A stretch of 45,221 nt of DNA, counting the filler, from Jimgerdemannia flammicorona (taxonomy: Eukaryota), in assembly GCA_003990765.1 (NCBI GenBank). It is 2 parts of 2 records of this genome, joined end to end, with 100 filler letters (N's around TTAATTAATTAA, not from the genome) between each part and the next. Parts side by side here need not be neighbours in the genome. Positions count along the whole stretch, not along the records: positions 1 to 22,564 come from RBNJ01001248.1; positions 22,665 to 45,221 come from RBNJ01001249.1. One strand, written 5' to 3'. The first letter of the stretch is position 1; each line of letters opens with the position of its first letter. The notes below the pieces were generated by a model, which worked only from the letters and a program-made list of their open reading frames with translations, had not been told where the DNA came from and did no database searches. Shown one piece after another: positions 11,085 through 22,729 of the stretch. Made by a program: the position numbers and the translations under genes.

Positions 11085-13330
11085 GGTTATTACTTCTTCT
11101 ACATTTGGCAAAAGATTGTCTTCTTTTTCTCAAATAGTATTATACTCAGGGTATCCTTTCCATTTCATAAGATAGTACTGAGTGGGCTTGGTAGTTTATT
11201 CAAATTAGTAATTCTTATAATTCAAAATATAGTCTACTTCATATTTTAGTTATTGATTAATAATTACTAAGTCTGGAGGTGATACAGTTCTCTCTTTGAA
11301 TATATTTGAAATATATAGCTAAAGTTGAAATATATAAAACACTGAGTAAATTCTTTCTAATATTATTAAAAGATCCAACTTATATATAACAGATCTATAT
11401 TTTTTAAGAATCTTGAATAGTTTAATATAGTGAGATCTAAGTTTCTTTTTTGGACCTATATTACTCAGAGTTAGATATTAGGTACTGAGTAATACTTATT
11501 TTCCTTTTTTATAAATGACTTCTTTTATTTTTATCAGTATATACTATTTGTATTCTTTATACTTTTATGAGAATATCTTATGTTTGCTGAATATTGTCTT
11601 ATATAATATCAGTAATTTCTTATACTACTGATACTATAGTTTAGATAGTAATTATAGGAGTTTATGAGTATTTTTCATAATTTAAGCAGAATGGCATTAT
11701 CTTAGTACTTGTACTTAAGCTATTATTATATATAAATTTGGCTAGAATCAGCTTTTCATCTTAATTATTTATAATAGATGCTAAGCATCTACTTAAGAGT
11801 TTGATTAATTCTTTCTGTCTGATCATCTGTTTGCAGATAATATACTATAGATATTTTCAGTTATACTTCTAAATCCTTAAAGAGTGTTTGTCAAAAGTTG
11901 CTTATAAACTTTGTATCTTAGTCTGAGATAATTACTGATGATAGTCTGTAGAGATAGAATACATTGTCAATGATAGCTGTACTATTTCTGATACTATTGC
12001 AGTAGTAGTTATCATAATGAAGTAAGCCTGCTTACTGAGACAATTGATAAAAATAATAATTACATCTCTTCTCTTCTTGGTTTTTAGAAATTGGACAATA
12101 AAGTCCATTCTAATATAATCTCAATTTTGAGTGAGAATTGATAGTAATTGTAGAGTACCAGTTGGTGCCTGGTTACTAGACTTATATCTTTAGCAGATAT
12201 CATAGAATATAATTTAATATCAGATGTTATTTTGAGCTAGTAGAAGTCTTAGATAATATATTGGTATATCTTGTCAAAACTCATATATCTAGCTATAGGT
12301 ATATCATATAGTTCTTGTAAGATTTATAAACAGATAGAAGTATCAGAGATCCAGATTCTTATATTATTAAGATATGTATATATCTATTTTGAATAGATAT
12401 ATTTTTATAGACTTTTTTTATAATATTACAATCTTTTTTGAAAATTTGTTTGGTAATTTCTTATATATTATTATCTTTGATATACTTCTTTTTGACTTCT
12501 TCAAATAGACTGGTGATGATATTGCTAATTACAGTAAGGTTATCTGTCTGAGTACTCCAGAAGAGTATATTGACTACTTTATTTTTGGTTCTAGCAATAT
12601 ATATCAAAGAGTACAAGAATCTGCATCTATCAGACTTATCTTTCTATAAGAATTAGCTATATCTAAATATATTAGAGAGTTTGATGATTAGTCTATAAGG
12701 TGAATATTTTGCTAAGGAGAAAGTATCTCTATGCTTATAGAGATCAGATGATAGTAAAGAGTTTCTTGTCTTATATGATATATGATTAAGATTAATATAT
12801 CAATCAGTATTCTCTTGAGAGTATTTATAACTATAGTGTATTTTCTGTTCATTCTTTTTTAATATTAGCTTCCTTCTTATCAAGACTTATAAATAAAGTA
12901 GTATTTATAAAGAATTCTTGAATAAATCTCCTATAATATCCTACTAATCTATTGAATCCTTATAGAGACTTGAGGGTCTTTGAAATAGACCAATTGCAGA
13001 TTGCTTAGATCTTCTTAGGATCAATGGCAATACTATTTTCTGAGATATATATTCTAGATATTCAATTTTCTTCTTGAGAAAATAGTATTTCTTTCTTTTT
13101 GCTAAGAGCTTATATTCACAGAGTATGTCAAAGACTATTTATAGATATTATTGATAGATGATACTACTTGTACTATATATCAGAATGTCATCCAGATAGA
13201 TCTGAATAAATACTCTAAGGTATTTTCAAAAGATATCATTTATTAGTATTTAGAATATTACTAGTATATTAGTAAGGTCAAATAGTATTATATAGAATTC
13301 ATAATATCTAATTCTTGTTTAAAAGACTGT
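11085..13330 (-). pseudogene. Decayed chromovirus-type Ty3/gypsy pol (RT-RH-IN-chromodomain), 5'-truncated
   Basis: TVF*TRIRYYEF..LFDLTN..F...IYLDDILIYS (RT). C-terminal KYEVDYIL...YYLMKWKGYPEYNTI*EKEDNL (chromodomain, ~11085-11280). Confidence 0.85.
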
Positions 13331-13493
13331 TGTAATGATTGGTTCTAGTTTCTTTAAGAAGAAGTGGCTAAATCTGGAAGTTCTAGTTGGCCTAAAATAG
13401 CTCAAAGAGATACTTAAAGGTTCAAATATTCTTGAAGGATTTCTGGGAGAAAATATTTCAAGGTTTATTCAGACAGAGAATAAGAATATTTAT
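13331..13493 (-). repeat. Left part of another LTR, split by the E2 insertion
   Basis: Begins TGTAAT exactly where the chromovirus RT homology stops, and continues after the E2 TSD at 22134. Confidence 0.55.
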
Positions 13494-14960
13494 TGTAATG
13501 GTGACCTCAGAATGATGACATCAGCACAGGAGATAGTCTTTCCTTGCAAGCTATCAGATTGGAGTATAAGAAGATTATATGGCATATGAGATGAGCAATA
13601 ATGACCTACTGTGAGTCATTGTGACCACAGTATAAGCATCCTGAGGAATATAAAAGAAGGATTAAGAAACTGCAGTAACAGCAATCAATAAGACCCACCA
13701 ATTCTAAAATAGCTCAAAGACTTACTACAAACAAAATACCTACTACTCGCTAAACCTTAAGGTCAAGGAACCACTAAGGTATCTCAGTTGAAGAAAGAAT
13801 ATTCCAAGACATCAGAAGAGCCATGAGGACCCACTCAAAAAGGACTCCTAGTGTCAACCTGAGTACTGATGACCCTTATCACTATATCCTCTACTGCCAT
13901 AAAATGGAAACAAGGATCACCATTGCCACCAAATGCCTCCAAATATAGCAGGAGTATGAAATAGGAAATCTCCTCTGCCAGGAGTTCCCACAGGCCAGTA
14001 CTCAAGAGCTACAAGATGCCATTCCTATGGATATATGTGAAATAAGGATAGCCAAGAAGATCTATCAGATCTTCAGATATATACTATGATCAATCCCTAA
14101 CTTAGAGTATATTAGAGTCTCAGATTTCAGAGACCTATCATCCTACTGTATCAATGTACTAGAAGCCAGAGTGGCTACAGAAGCCCAGTCCACTATCACT
14201 CTCAATAGTGATAAAGTAGAAGACTTCTGGCATCCTATCCTCCAGAACAAATCAGACCAATTCCTGAAAGAATTGATCTCAGTATTCTAAGGCCTAAGCA
14301 TCTAGGTTAGACCTCCCCAAGACCCCACATTTGTTCTCTATTTTGTAGAAGAGAACCTCATAGACTGGAGAGCTCCAGATCTCCTTGTTCTCACTACTGC
14401 TGAATGTGATGACATCATTGGTGATGACATCATCCCATACGACATTGAAGCATATGAAAATGATGAATTCACAGACCTCATCTCCTTCGAAGATATCCTA
14501 ATCTCTGATGATGAGGATGAAGCCCCCATAGTTCTAAACTTTCTGCTCTAAGTTCTTTATTATACTGAATAATGCCAGCACCAGTATTCTGATGTGATAC
14601 TGAATTATATCAGTATCCTGAACCTATACAACCATCAGTACTGACCCTGGAACTTAGTAGTTTTAGTTATTGGAATTTATATTTAGCTTTATATCTTAGC
14701 AACTATTGAATTATATTTTGTATAAATACCCCTCTTATTTCCTCTGAAATAAAGTCAGTTCTATTCAGTTCATGTATACACTTTCTTGCAAGCAATCTAA
14801 GAGATAATAAGAAAGTTTAAAGATAAGAAGTTTGAGGACTATAAGACCTTGGGAAGGCACTCCAATAAGAACTTGCTTATAACAAACTTGAGTTAGTCTA
14901 AGAGATACACCTTGAAGAGAATCTGGCATATTTGAAGGACTCAGTGACCACTACATGACA
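13494..14960 (+). repeat. E2 5' LTR (1467 bp)
   Basis: TGTAATGGTGACC...CTACATGACA. TATAAAA at 13649, TATAAATA at 14721, AATAAA at 14748. Confidence 0.96.
13736..14551 (+). pseudogene. LTR-encoded accessory ORF, copy 2 (start mutated ATG>ATA)
   Basis: 816 nt, colinear with the copies at 152-964 and 20905-21720. Confidence 0.78.
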
Positions 14961-14980
14961 ACTTGGTGCCCATTGGCTGG
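14961..14980 (+). promoter_or_regulatory. E2 primer-binding site
   Basis: ACTTGGTGCCCATTGGCTGG, one mismatch to the E1 PBS. Confidence 0.75.
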
Positions 14981-15016
14981 TGATTCAAGATGAATCCCTC
15001 ACTTTCAAGCTAAAAA

Positions 15017-18000
15017 ATGAACAACCCCCACAACAACTACCCTGACTATAATAGTCACCCCTGCAAGAATTCAAGACAAGATAGAAATATATCCCCCCAC
15101 ATTCTATAGATATGTATACTACTGAAGAGTCAATCCTGACCTTCATTGAAGACATTGAACAATTCACCACCATATGAGCCCTTGGTGTAGATACTCAATT
15201 GGCCCTTCTACCAGTCAGTCTCAGAGGACCTACCAGAGACAAGTTCAATGCAGCCACCATTACTGATGCTGGTACAGCCAAACTTGCCAATATGAAAGCC
15301 TTCCTCAGAACAATATACTATACTGAAGAGATCAAGCAAGCTCTCAAGAATCAACTCAATACTATTTGCCAGGGACTTAGCAAAGATCCCAACTCATTCT
15401 ATACCCAAATCTGCCACCAGATTGTCTTGGCTGGCTATGATGACTGCCTCAAGGAACAAATAGTAGATTCAACCTTCCTCAAAGGAGTTCACCCTGAAAT
15501 TGCCCTAGCAATTCGGTCTACCCCAGCTGTACTGACCCTTGATCAGAAAGTGGTCTTTGCATAGAGATATTGGACTATCAGACACCCTACTGAATACTTA
15601 ATGGAGAAAATAACTGGCATCAAGATGGAGCCATCAAAGCCAACTAGTATCATATCTACCACAGTTGTAAACAGACAACTAACCCCATCTACCTCCAAGA
15701 CAGCCAAAGCTGACCTAGTGGAAGAACTCACCAAGCAGTTCACTGAGATAACTACACACCTTGGTGATGTTGTTAGAGAAGTCTGAAGTACCAACAGGAG
15801 ACCAGTGCAGAGATTTGCAGCTACTACAGAAGAACACAATATCACATACTTCAGATGTAGAGAAGAAGGCCACTATGTAAAGAATTGCATGACTGAAACA
15901 AGATGCAAAGCACAACCAAGCAATGATAGCAGAACCAGAGAACAAACCAATACAGTAGTCATCAAGGAGATTGGTGACACTGATGATGAAGAATACTATG
16001 AGGAGCTTGAATTCTACCCTACTACTGAAGGTACCTGAATCCAGTCCAAGCCCTATGACAAGAAGAGCAACAGCAAGCCAGTTGGAAGACCAAAGAAGAC
16101 CTCAGCTGTCACTATTCAAAGCAAGACCCAACCTGAAGAGATTGATCAAGACATAGAGTTAGATAAAGCTGCCTGCTAAATCATTGAAGGTACTACTCCA
16201 GTCTCAGGAGAAAGTGAAAGCTAGAAGGAACAGAAGCTGCATAAGACCAAAATCCACCAGTATGATATCTACAAGAATCTCAAGGAATAGAAGGTCAATG
16301 CTACTTTTGGATAGCTAGCTGAAGTCCCTGCCTTCAGACAACAGTTGAGAGTAGGACTGGCAACTACTGTCAAGAATCAAGAGTACAAGATTGTAGAAGC
16401 TCACAATGCACAGAAAGAATTCAAGAACTTAGGTGAAGAATCCAAAGACTAGTGCAAGATATCAGCCTATACTCCATATCAGATTGAAGACTATATCTTT
16501 GATGCCATCATTGATACTGGTGCTGAAGAATGCCTCATGAGCAAGAAGACAATTGACTGCCTAGGCTGGGACATTGAAGAGTCCACCAAGATGGTCTATA
16601 TCACAGCAGATAGTATATGAGCTACCCCTCTTGGCAAAATCCAAGAAGTCCCCATCAAGATAGGAGGAGCTACCATCCCAGTAGATGTGATTGTCATAAG
16701 TACCACCAACTATGACATCCTCATTGGTAACCAATAGCTTCATAAGGCCAAGGCTATCATTGACCTCAATGCCTAGAAGATGTAGATTAACTACAGAGAA
16801 AGAAAGGTACAAGTCTCTATCAATTTTTATAAAGGAGTCCTACCAGACATGGAGGAAGGAGATGAAGAGGACACAGAGGTCTTCATTCACTCAGTGAACA
16901 AGAACAAGAATAAGATACCCAAGCTCACAGATGAGTAGTGGTACAACAAGATCATTGATGAATATGTCCCTCAAGGAAGATGCCCCCATGGTACTAGGAT
17001 GTACTGCTCTGAACACCTGAATGACTGCTGGTCCTATATCAGTAAAGTCAGGAAAATCCACCAACAGAAATATGAGTAAGAAGTCACTGAAGCAAAAAGG
17101 AAAGCCAAAGAAGATGACCAGCCCCCAGAGCTTCAGGCTGACAGTGATGATGAGGAGGAATAAGAATCAGACATCACCCTTAAGGTCAAAAAGTTTCACC
17201 CTGAAGCCAAGATCCCAGAATACAAGACTGAAGGAGTCATAGGAATAGACCTTACCAGCATTCAAGATACTACTCTCAAACCACAGATCACTACCCTACT
17301 AGGCACTGGAATTGGAGTCAAGCTACCAGAGAACTATGCCAGAATTATCAAGACTAGGAGCAGTCTGGTCAAAAGTGAAATCTCAGTTGAAGAAGGAGTA
17401 ATTGACCCTGATTACACTGGTGAGATCTTCCTCATAGTCAGGAATCACAACTCCACCACCCCATTTGAAGTCAAGAAGCATGACAGGATTGGCCAGATGC
17501 TGGTCTATGAAATCAAGAAGCCCAAGATCATAGAAGCCATTGAACTCATTAAGACCAAGAGAAGAGAACAAGGCTTTGGATCTACTGGAAGAGGAGCCTA
17601 TGCCACTACTAAGATTACCAAACTTGAGTATAAGAAAGACAAGGACCAGAATAAGCACACATATACTATTGGAGAAAACTTTCCCCTGGAAGAACAACTT
17701 CTCAAGATCTTACATCAGAATGAAGGAGTACTTGCTATAGACTTCAGGGATATCTACAATCAAGAACCTAAGTACTACTATAAAGTTGATACTGGTGATA
17801 CCAAGCCCATCTACCAGAAAGCCAGACCCATACCACCTGCCTACAGAGAATGGCTGCAAGCAGAACTCAAGGAAATGGAAGAAGCTGGAATTATCAAGCA
17901 AGCTATTAGCCCCTGGGCCTCACCCATTGTCCTTGCCCTGAAGAAAAGAAGCAAGCCTGGAGAGTTTGCACCAAGACTCCATATTGACTACAGGAGGCTC

Positions 18001-20298
18001 ACTGTCATCACCAAGAAGGATAGGCAGCCCTTACCAAATATTCAAGAAATCCTTACCACTCTTAGAAGTGAAGCCAAATACTACACCACCTTGGATCTGT
18101 TCTCAGACTTCTATCAGATTGGTCTACTCAAGATGCTAGTGAGAAATCAGCCTTCATCATACCTGATGCCACCTATATCTATCTGCAAATGCCATTTGGA
18201 ATATGCAATACCCCAGTAAGTTTTCAGCAAATGATGAACAGAGTCTTTAGCAATGAGATTGGAAAATAGCTCTTTGTCTATATTGATGATGTGATCATCT
18301 TCAGCAATACTGCATGGGAATATATCAATCACATACAGCTAGCCCTCAAGAAGCTCAAGTAGTATGGCCTCTACATCAAGCCCAAGAAATACAAGTTTGC
18401 AGCTCAAGAAATTGCCTATCTAGGACACCTCATCAACCAGACTGGAATCCACACAGACCCCATGAAGATTGAGGCTGTTGCAGCCTACCCAAGACCCAGA
18501 ACAACTACAGAAGTCCATGCCTTCCTTGGACTAGCCAGCTACTACAGAAGGTTCATCAAAGGATACTCCAATATTGCAGTACCCATCTACAAGCTACTGA
18601 AGAAGGAAACCAAATTTGAATGGACCAAAGAGCACTAAGAAACCTTCAATGAACTCAAGATCAGATTGACCCAAGCACCTATCCTCAGAAGACCAGACTG
18701 GAACCTAGAATTCATCCTGTAGACAGACATGAGTGCTATAGGACTTAGAGCAGTCCTAGCTCAGAAGAAAGATGGATATGAATATGTCATCTCCTATATA
18801 AGCCGAGGTATCTATGGAGCAGAACAGAACTATGAGTCATACAAGCTTGAATACTTAACAGTAGTTTGGACAGTAGATAAGTTCCATTACTATCTAATCA
18901 GGAAACACTTCACCATTCAAACAGACCACTCTGCTCTTGTCTGGCTATTCCACACTCTGAACCCCAAAGAAATATATATCAGATGGATCTACAGGCTGCA
19001 AGAGTATGACTGTACTGTCAAGCACTGCTCAGGAAGAACCAATACCAATGCTGATGCACTCTCAAGGACACCCTGAAACACCCCCAATAAGACCATTCAA
19101 CATGAATAAGGAGCTATACTATGAATTAATCAGCTACCTTGGGCAGCAAAAGATGCCTAACCACCTTAAACCCTGGACAATCACCATCATCAACTGGACT
19201 TGGAAACAGTTTGAACTAAACAACACTATACTCAGAAAAGGAGGAAAGCTAGTAATATCCAAATACAAGAAGTATCAAGTAATGAAGAAAGTACATGAGC
19301 AAGGATACCTAGAAGGAATCAATACATATGACAAGGCAAGAAGAACCATGTAGTGGCTCAAGATGGAAGAAGACCTGCATCAATTTGTCAAAGGGTGTGA
19401 CAAGTGCCAAAAACAGAAACAAGATCAATAAGACCAGGCACCCAGGTCATCAATAATTGAGCCTATTCTCTTCCACTACATCACAATGGATATCATTGGG
19501 CCACTACCAGTAACACTATCAGGAAACCACTATATTATAGTTATTGTAGACCTCTTCACCAAATGGATAGAGGCAGGAGCATTATAAGAAACCAATGCCC
19601 TCTCTATAGCTGACTTCCTGAACTGAGAAATCATCTGCTGCTACAAGACACCAAAGCAAATCTCAACAGACTGCAGCACAGAATTTATCAATGGATTCCA
19701 TGAGATAATGTATCAGAAATACAAGATCCAGCACATCAAGACCACTATATACCACCCTCAAGGAAATGGACAGACAGAGAGAACCAACAAGACTCTCAAG
19801 AACATTCTAGCAAAGATCTCAGAGACATATGAGAATTGGGATAACTATATTCCAACTGCCCTCTCTGTCCTATGAGATATACAGTTACAGAGCACACACT
19901 TTACCCCAAGGAAGCTGCTTTTTGGAGAAGAAGATTCTGATGGAACCTCAGCCACAAATCTAGACCTAACTTAGAGATGAGTTGATGTAGAAATCCAGAG
20001 ACTACACCAAATTAGGAAGAAGGCTGAAGATTAAAACATCAAGTCACAAGTGCTGACAAGGAAGAATGTGGAAAAGAATCACAAGACCCTAGAATCTATC
20101 CAAATTAGAGAAAAGGTTCTACTATATTGAAATATGGTAGAAGCCTCATAATCATGAAAACTGGAGCCCAAATGGGAAGGACCCTTCTATATGTAAGATA
20201 TCAAGAGAACTATCTTCTGGCTTAGAAAAATCTCAGGGACCATACTGCCTACCATAGTACATAGGAACAGACTCAAGAAGTACCACAAACCTATATAA
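15017..20298 (+). pseudogene. E2 gag-pol polyprotein (Gag, zinc knuckle, PR, dUTPase, RT, RNase H, IN)
   Basis: YFRCREEGHYVKNC; IIDTGA; GVIDPDYTGEI/GFGSTG; SPWASPIVL, YIDD; QTDHSAL, NADALSR; KWEGPF; TAA at 20296-20298. Gag (15199) and RT (17497) ORF pieces are in the same frame. Confidence 0.93.
17173..17589 (+). other. dUTPase domain within E2 pol
   Basis: LKVKKFHPEAKIP..GIDL..KTRSS..GVIDPDYTGEI..RIGQ..REQGFGSTG. Confidence 0.93.
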
Positions 20299-20323
20299 GA
20301 GAAGCAAAATGTGATGACTGCCC

Positions 20324-20662
20324 ATGAGGTTCTAGTCTACAAATTGTAACAGCATATTCTGTAACCAGCAGGCTATCTGTCTAGACCATTCTCTAAGGGA
20401 TACAGTACTGGCAACTACTCATCTGTGAGACTTTTGAAGTCAGAGGAGTTCAAACCATCAACTGATTAGTCAAGATCAGAATCAGGCTCTTGCTCTATAT
20501 GAAGAGAGCAACCCTTCACCATCATGCCAAAATACAAAGAGAAGACACCAGCCCATAAATACCACTTTTCGACCCCTTGCCAGAGGTTATAGGATCAGCA
20601 AATTTTTCAGGACTGGACTAATGAATAAGGATGCTCAAGAAGATCCTTATTCAGGAGAAAGA
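20324..20662 (+). pseudogene. Possible decayed extra ORF between E2 pol and the 3' LTR
   Basis: 113 codons from ATG 20324 (MRF*STNCNSIFCNQQAICLDH...). Its three stops (TAG, TGA, TGA) all revert by T>C. Confidence 0.35.
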
Positions 20663-22129
20663 TGTAACGGTGACCTCAGAATGATGACATCAGCACAGGA
20701 GACAGTCTTTTCTTACAAGCTACCAGATCGGAGCACAAGAAGATTATATAGCATATGAGATGAGCAATGATGACCCACTGTGAGTCATTGTGACCAAAGT
20801 GCAAGCATCCTGAGAAATATAAAAGAAGAATCAAGGAACCCTAGTAACAGCAATCAATAAGACCCACCAATCCCAAAATAGCTCAAAGACTTACTATAAA
20901 CAAAATGCCTGCTGCTCACCAAACCTCAAGGTCAAGAAACCACCAAGGTATCTCAGTTGAAAAAAGGATGTTCTAAGACATCAGAAGAGCCATGAGGACC
21001 TGCTCAAGAAGAACTCCTAGTGTCAACCTAGGTACTAGTGACCCTTATTACTATATTCTCTACTGCTGTGAAATGGAAACAAGGATCACTATTGCCACTG
21101 AATGCCTCCAAATGTGACAGGAGTATGAAATAGGAAACCTCCTCTACTGGGAGTTCCCACAGGCTAGTACTTAAGAGCTACAAGATGCCACTCTTATGGA
21201 TATATATGAAATGAGGACAGCTAAGAAGATCCATCAGATCTTCAGGTATGCACCATAGTTGATCCCCAACTTGGAGTATGTTAGAGTCTCAGATTTCAGA
21301 GATCTGTCATCCTGCCATATCAATGTACTAGAAGCCAGAGTGGCTACAGAAGCCCAGTCCACTATCACTCTCAATAGTGATGAAGTAGAAGACTTCTGGC
21401 ATCCTATCCTCTAGGACAACCCAGACCAATTCCTACAAGGATTGATCTCAGTATTCAAAGGCCCAAGTATCTAGGTTAGACCTCTCCAAGACCCCACATT
21501 TGTTTCCTATTTTGTGGAAGAGAACCTCATAGACTGGAGAGCTCCAGATCTCCTTATTCTCTCTGTCACCAAACATGATGATGTCATTGATGATGACATC
21601 ATCCCATGCAACATCAAAGTATATGAAAATGATGAATTCACAGACCTCATCTTCTTTGAAGATATCCTGACCTCTGATGATAAGGATGAAGCCCCCATGG
21701 TCCTGAACTTTCTGCTCTAAGTTCTTTGTTATACTGAATAATGCTAGTACTGGTATTCTGATGTAATACTGAATTATACCAATATCCTGAACCTGTACAA
21801 CCATCAGTATCGACCCTGGAACTTAGTAGTTTTAGTTATTGGAATTTATATTTAGCTTTATATCTTAGTAACCATTGAATTATATTTTGTATAAATACCC
21901 CTCTTATTTCCTCTGAAATAAAGTCAGTTCTATCCAGTTTACTTATACACTTCCTTACAAGCAATCTAAGAGATAACAAGAAAGTTTAAAGATAAGAAGT
22001 TTGAGGACTATAAGACCTTAGAAAGGCACTCTAATAAGAACTTACTTATAAAAAACTTGGGTTAGTCTAAGAGATATACCTTGAAGAGAATCTGGTATAT
22101 TTGAAGGACTCAGTGACTACTATGTGACA
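20663..22129 (+). repeat. E2 3' LTR (1467 bp)
   Basis: TGTAACGGTGACC...TATGTGACA, preceded by the PPT TATTCAGGAGAAAGA. Confidence 0.96.
20905..21720 (+). pseudogene. LTR-encoded accessory ORF, copy 3 (271 aa)
   Basis: ATG 20905 to TAA 21720 in one frame (816 nt). Internal stops are transition-derived. Confidence 0.8.
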
Positions 22130-22133
22130 TTAT

Positions 22134-22453
22134 ATATAATCTGAAGAAAGATTTAGAAGGATCTTGAAAAGAAAGAGAAAGACCAAGAAATAGGTTCTCA
22201 GCAAAGCTGACTAATACTATTCTACAATGTTCTAAAAGGTTTCATGACTAGCTAAGACAAGATGCTTGGTGCCAAGGAAAGACAAGAATGTTCTAGTAGT
22301 GTATGGGCACTGAGAGAAGGTTTTTAAGCAAGTAGAAGGTAACAGAACATAGTAGAATGTTCAAGAAAAGATAAGAAAAAACTAACTAAAAGATACAAAA
22401 ATGTACTAAGACTAAATATGACTGTAAAATTGTTATATCCCTCCCACCTCCTC
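22134..22453 (-). repeat. Right part of the split LTR plus its polypurine tract
   Basis: Ends TGTTATA (mutated TGTTACA) at 22437 and is followed by TCCCTCCCACCTCCTC, i.e. GAGGAGGTGGGAGGGA as a minus-strand PPT. Reconstituted LTR is ~467 bp. Confidence 0.55.
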
Positions 22454-22564
22454 ACCACACAGGACCTTACCCCAGTGTCTCTCACTAATTACTCAAAAAT
22501 CAATCTCACTTAACTCATCTGCTGCCACATTCATCAATGCCTTTTACAGCCACCTCTTTTTTTT

Positions 22565-22664
22565 NNNNNNNNNNNNNNNNNNNNNNNNNNNNNNNNNNNN
22601 NNNNNNNNTTAATTAATTAANNNNNNNNNNNNNNNNNNNNNNNNNNNNNNNNNNNNNNNNNNNN
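22565..22664. other. Artificial assembly spacer (44 N + TTAATTAATTAA + 44 N)
   Basis: Exactly 100 bp, symmetric, with a six-frame stop linker. It sits at the LINE poly(A/T) tail. Confidence 0.95.
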
Positions 22665-22729
22665 ATAGTCACTTAGACTCTTCCTTTATTACACCCCTCT
22701 ATTCTATATAAGTACAGTGAACCCACCCC

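Larger units (their letters stand above)
13494..22129 (+). mobile_element. E2: full-length dUTPase-encoding Ty3/gypsy LTR retrotransposon with long ORF-bearing LTRs (decayed)
   Basis: 1467-bp TG...CA LTRs at both ends, perfect 4-bp TSD TTAT (13490-13493, 22130-22133), PBS, PPT and gag-pol. Confidence 0.96.

Noticed and set aside
22565..22664. Palindromic TTAATTAATTAA flanked by Ns
   Set aside because: Artificial scaffold linker, not biology. Adjacency across it is unverified, which may explain the missing LINE TSD.
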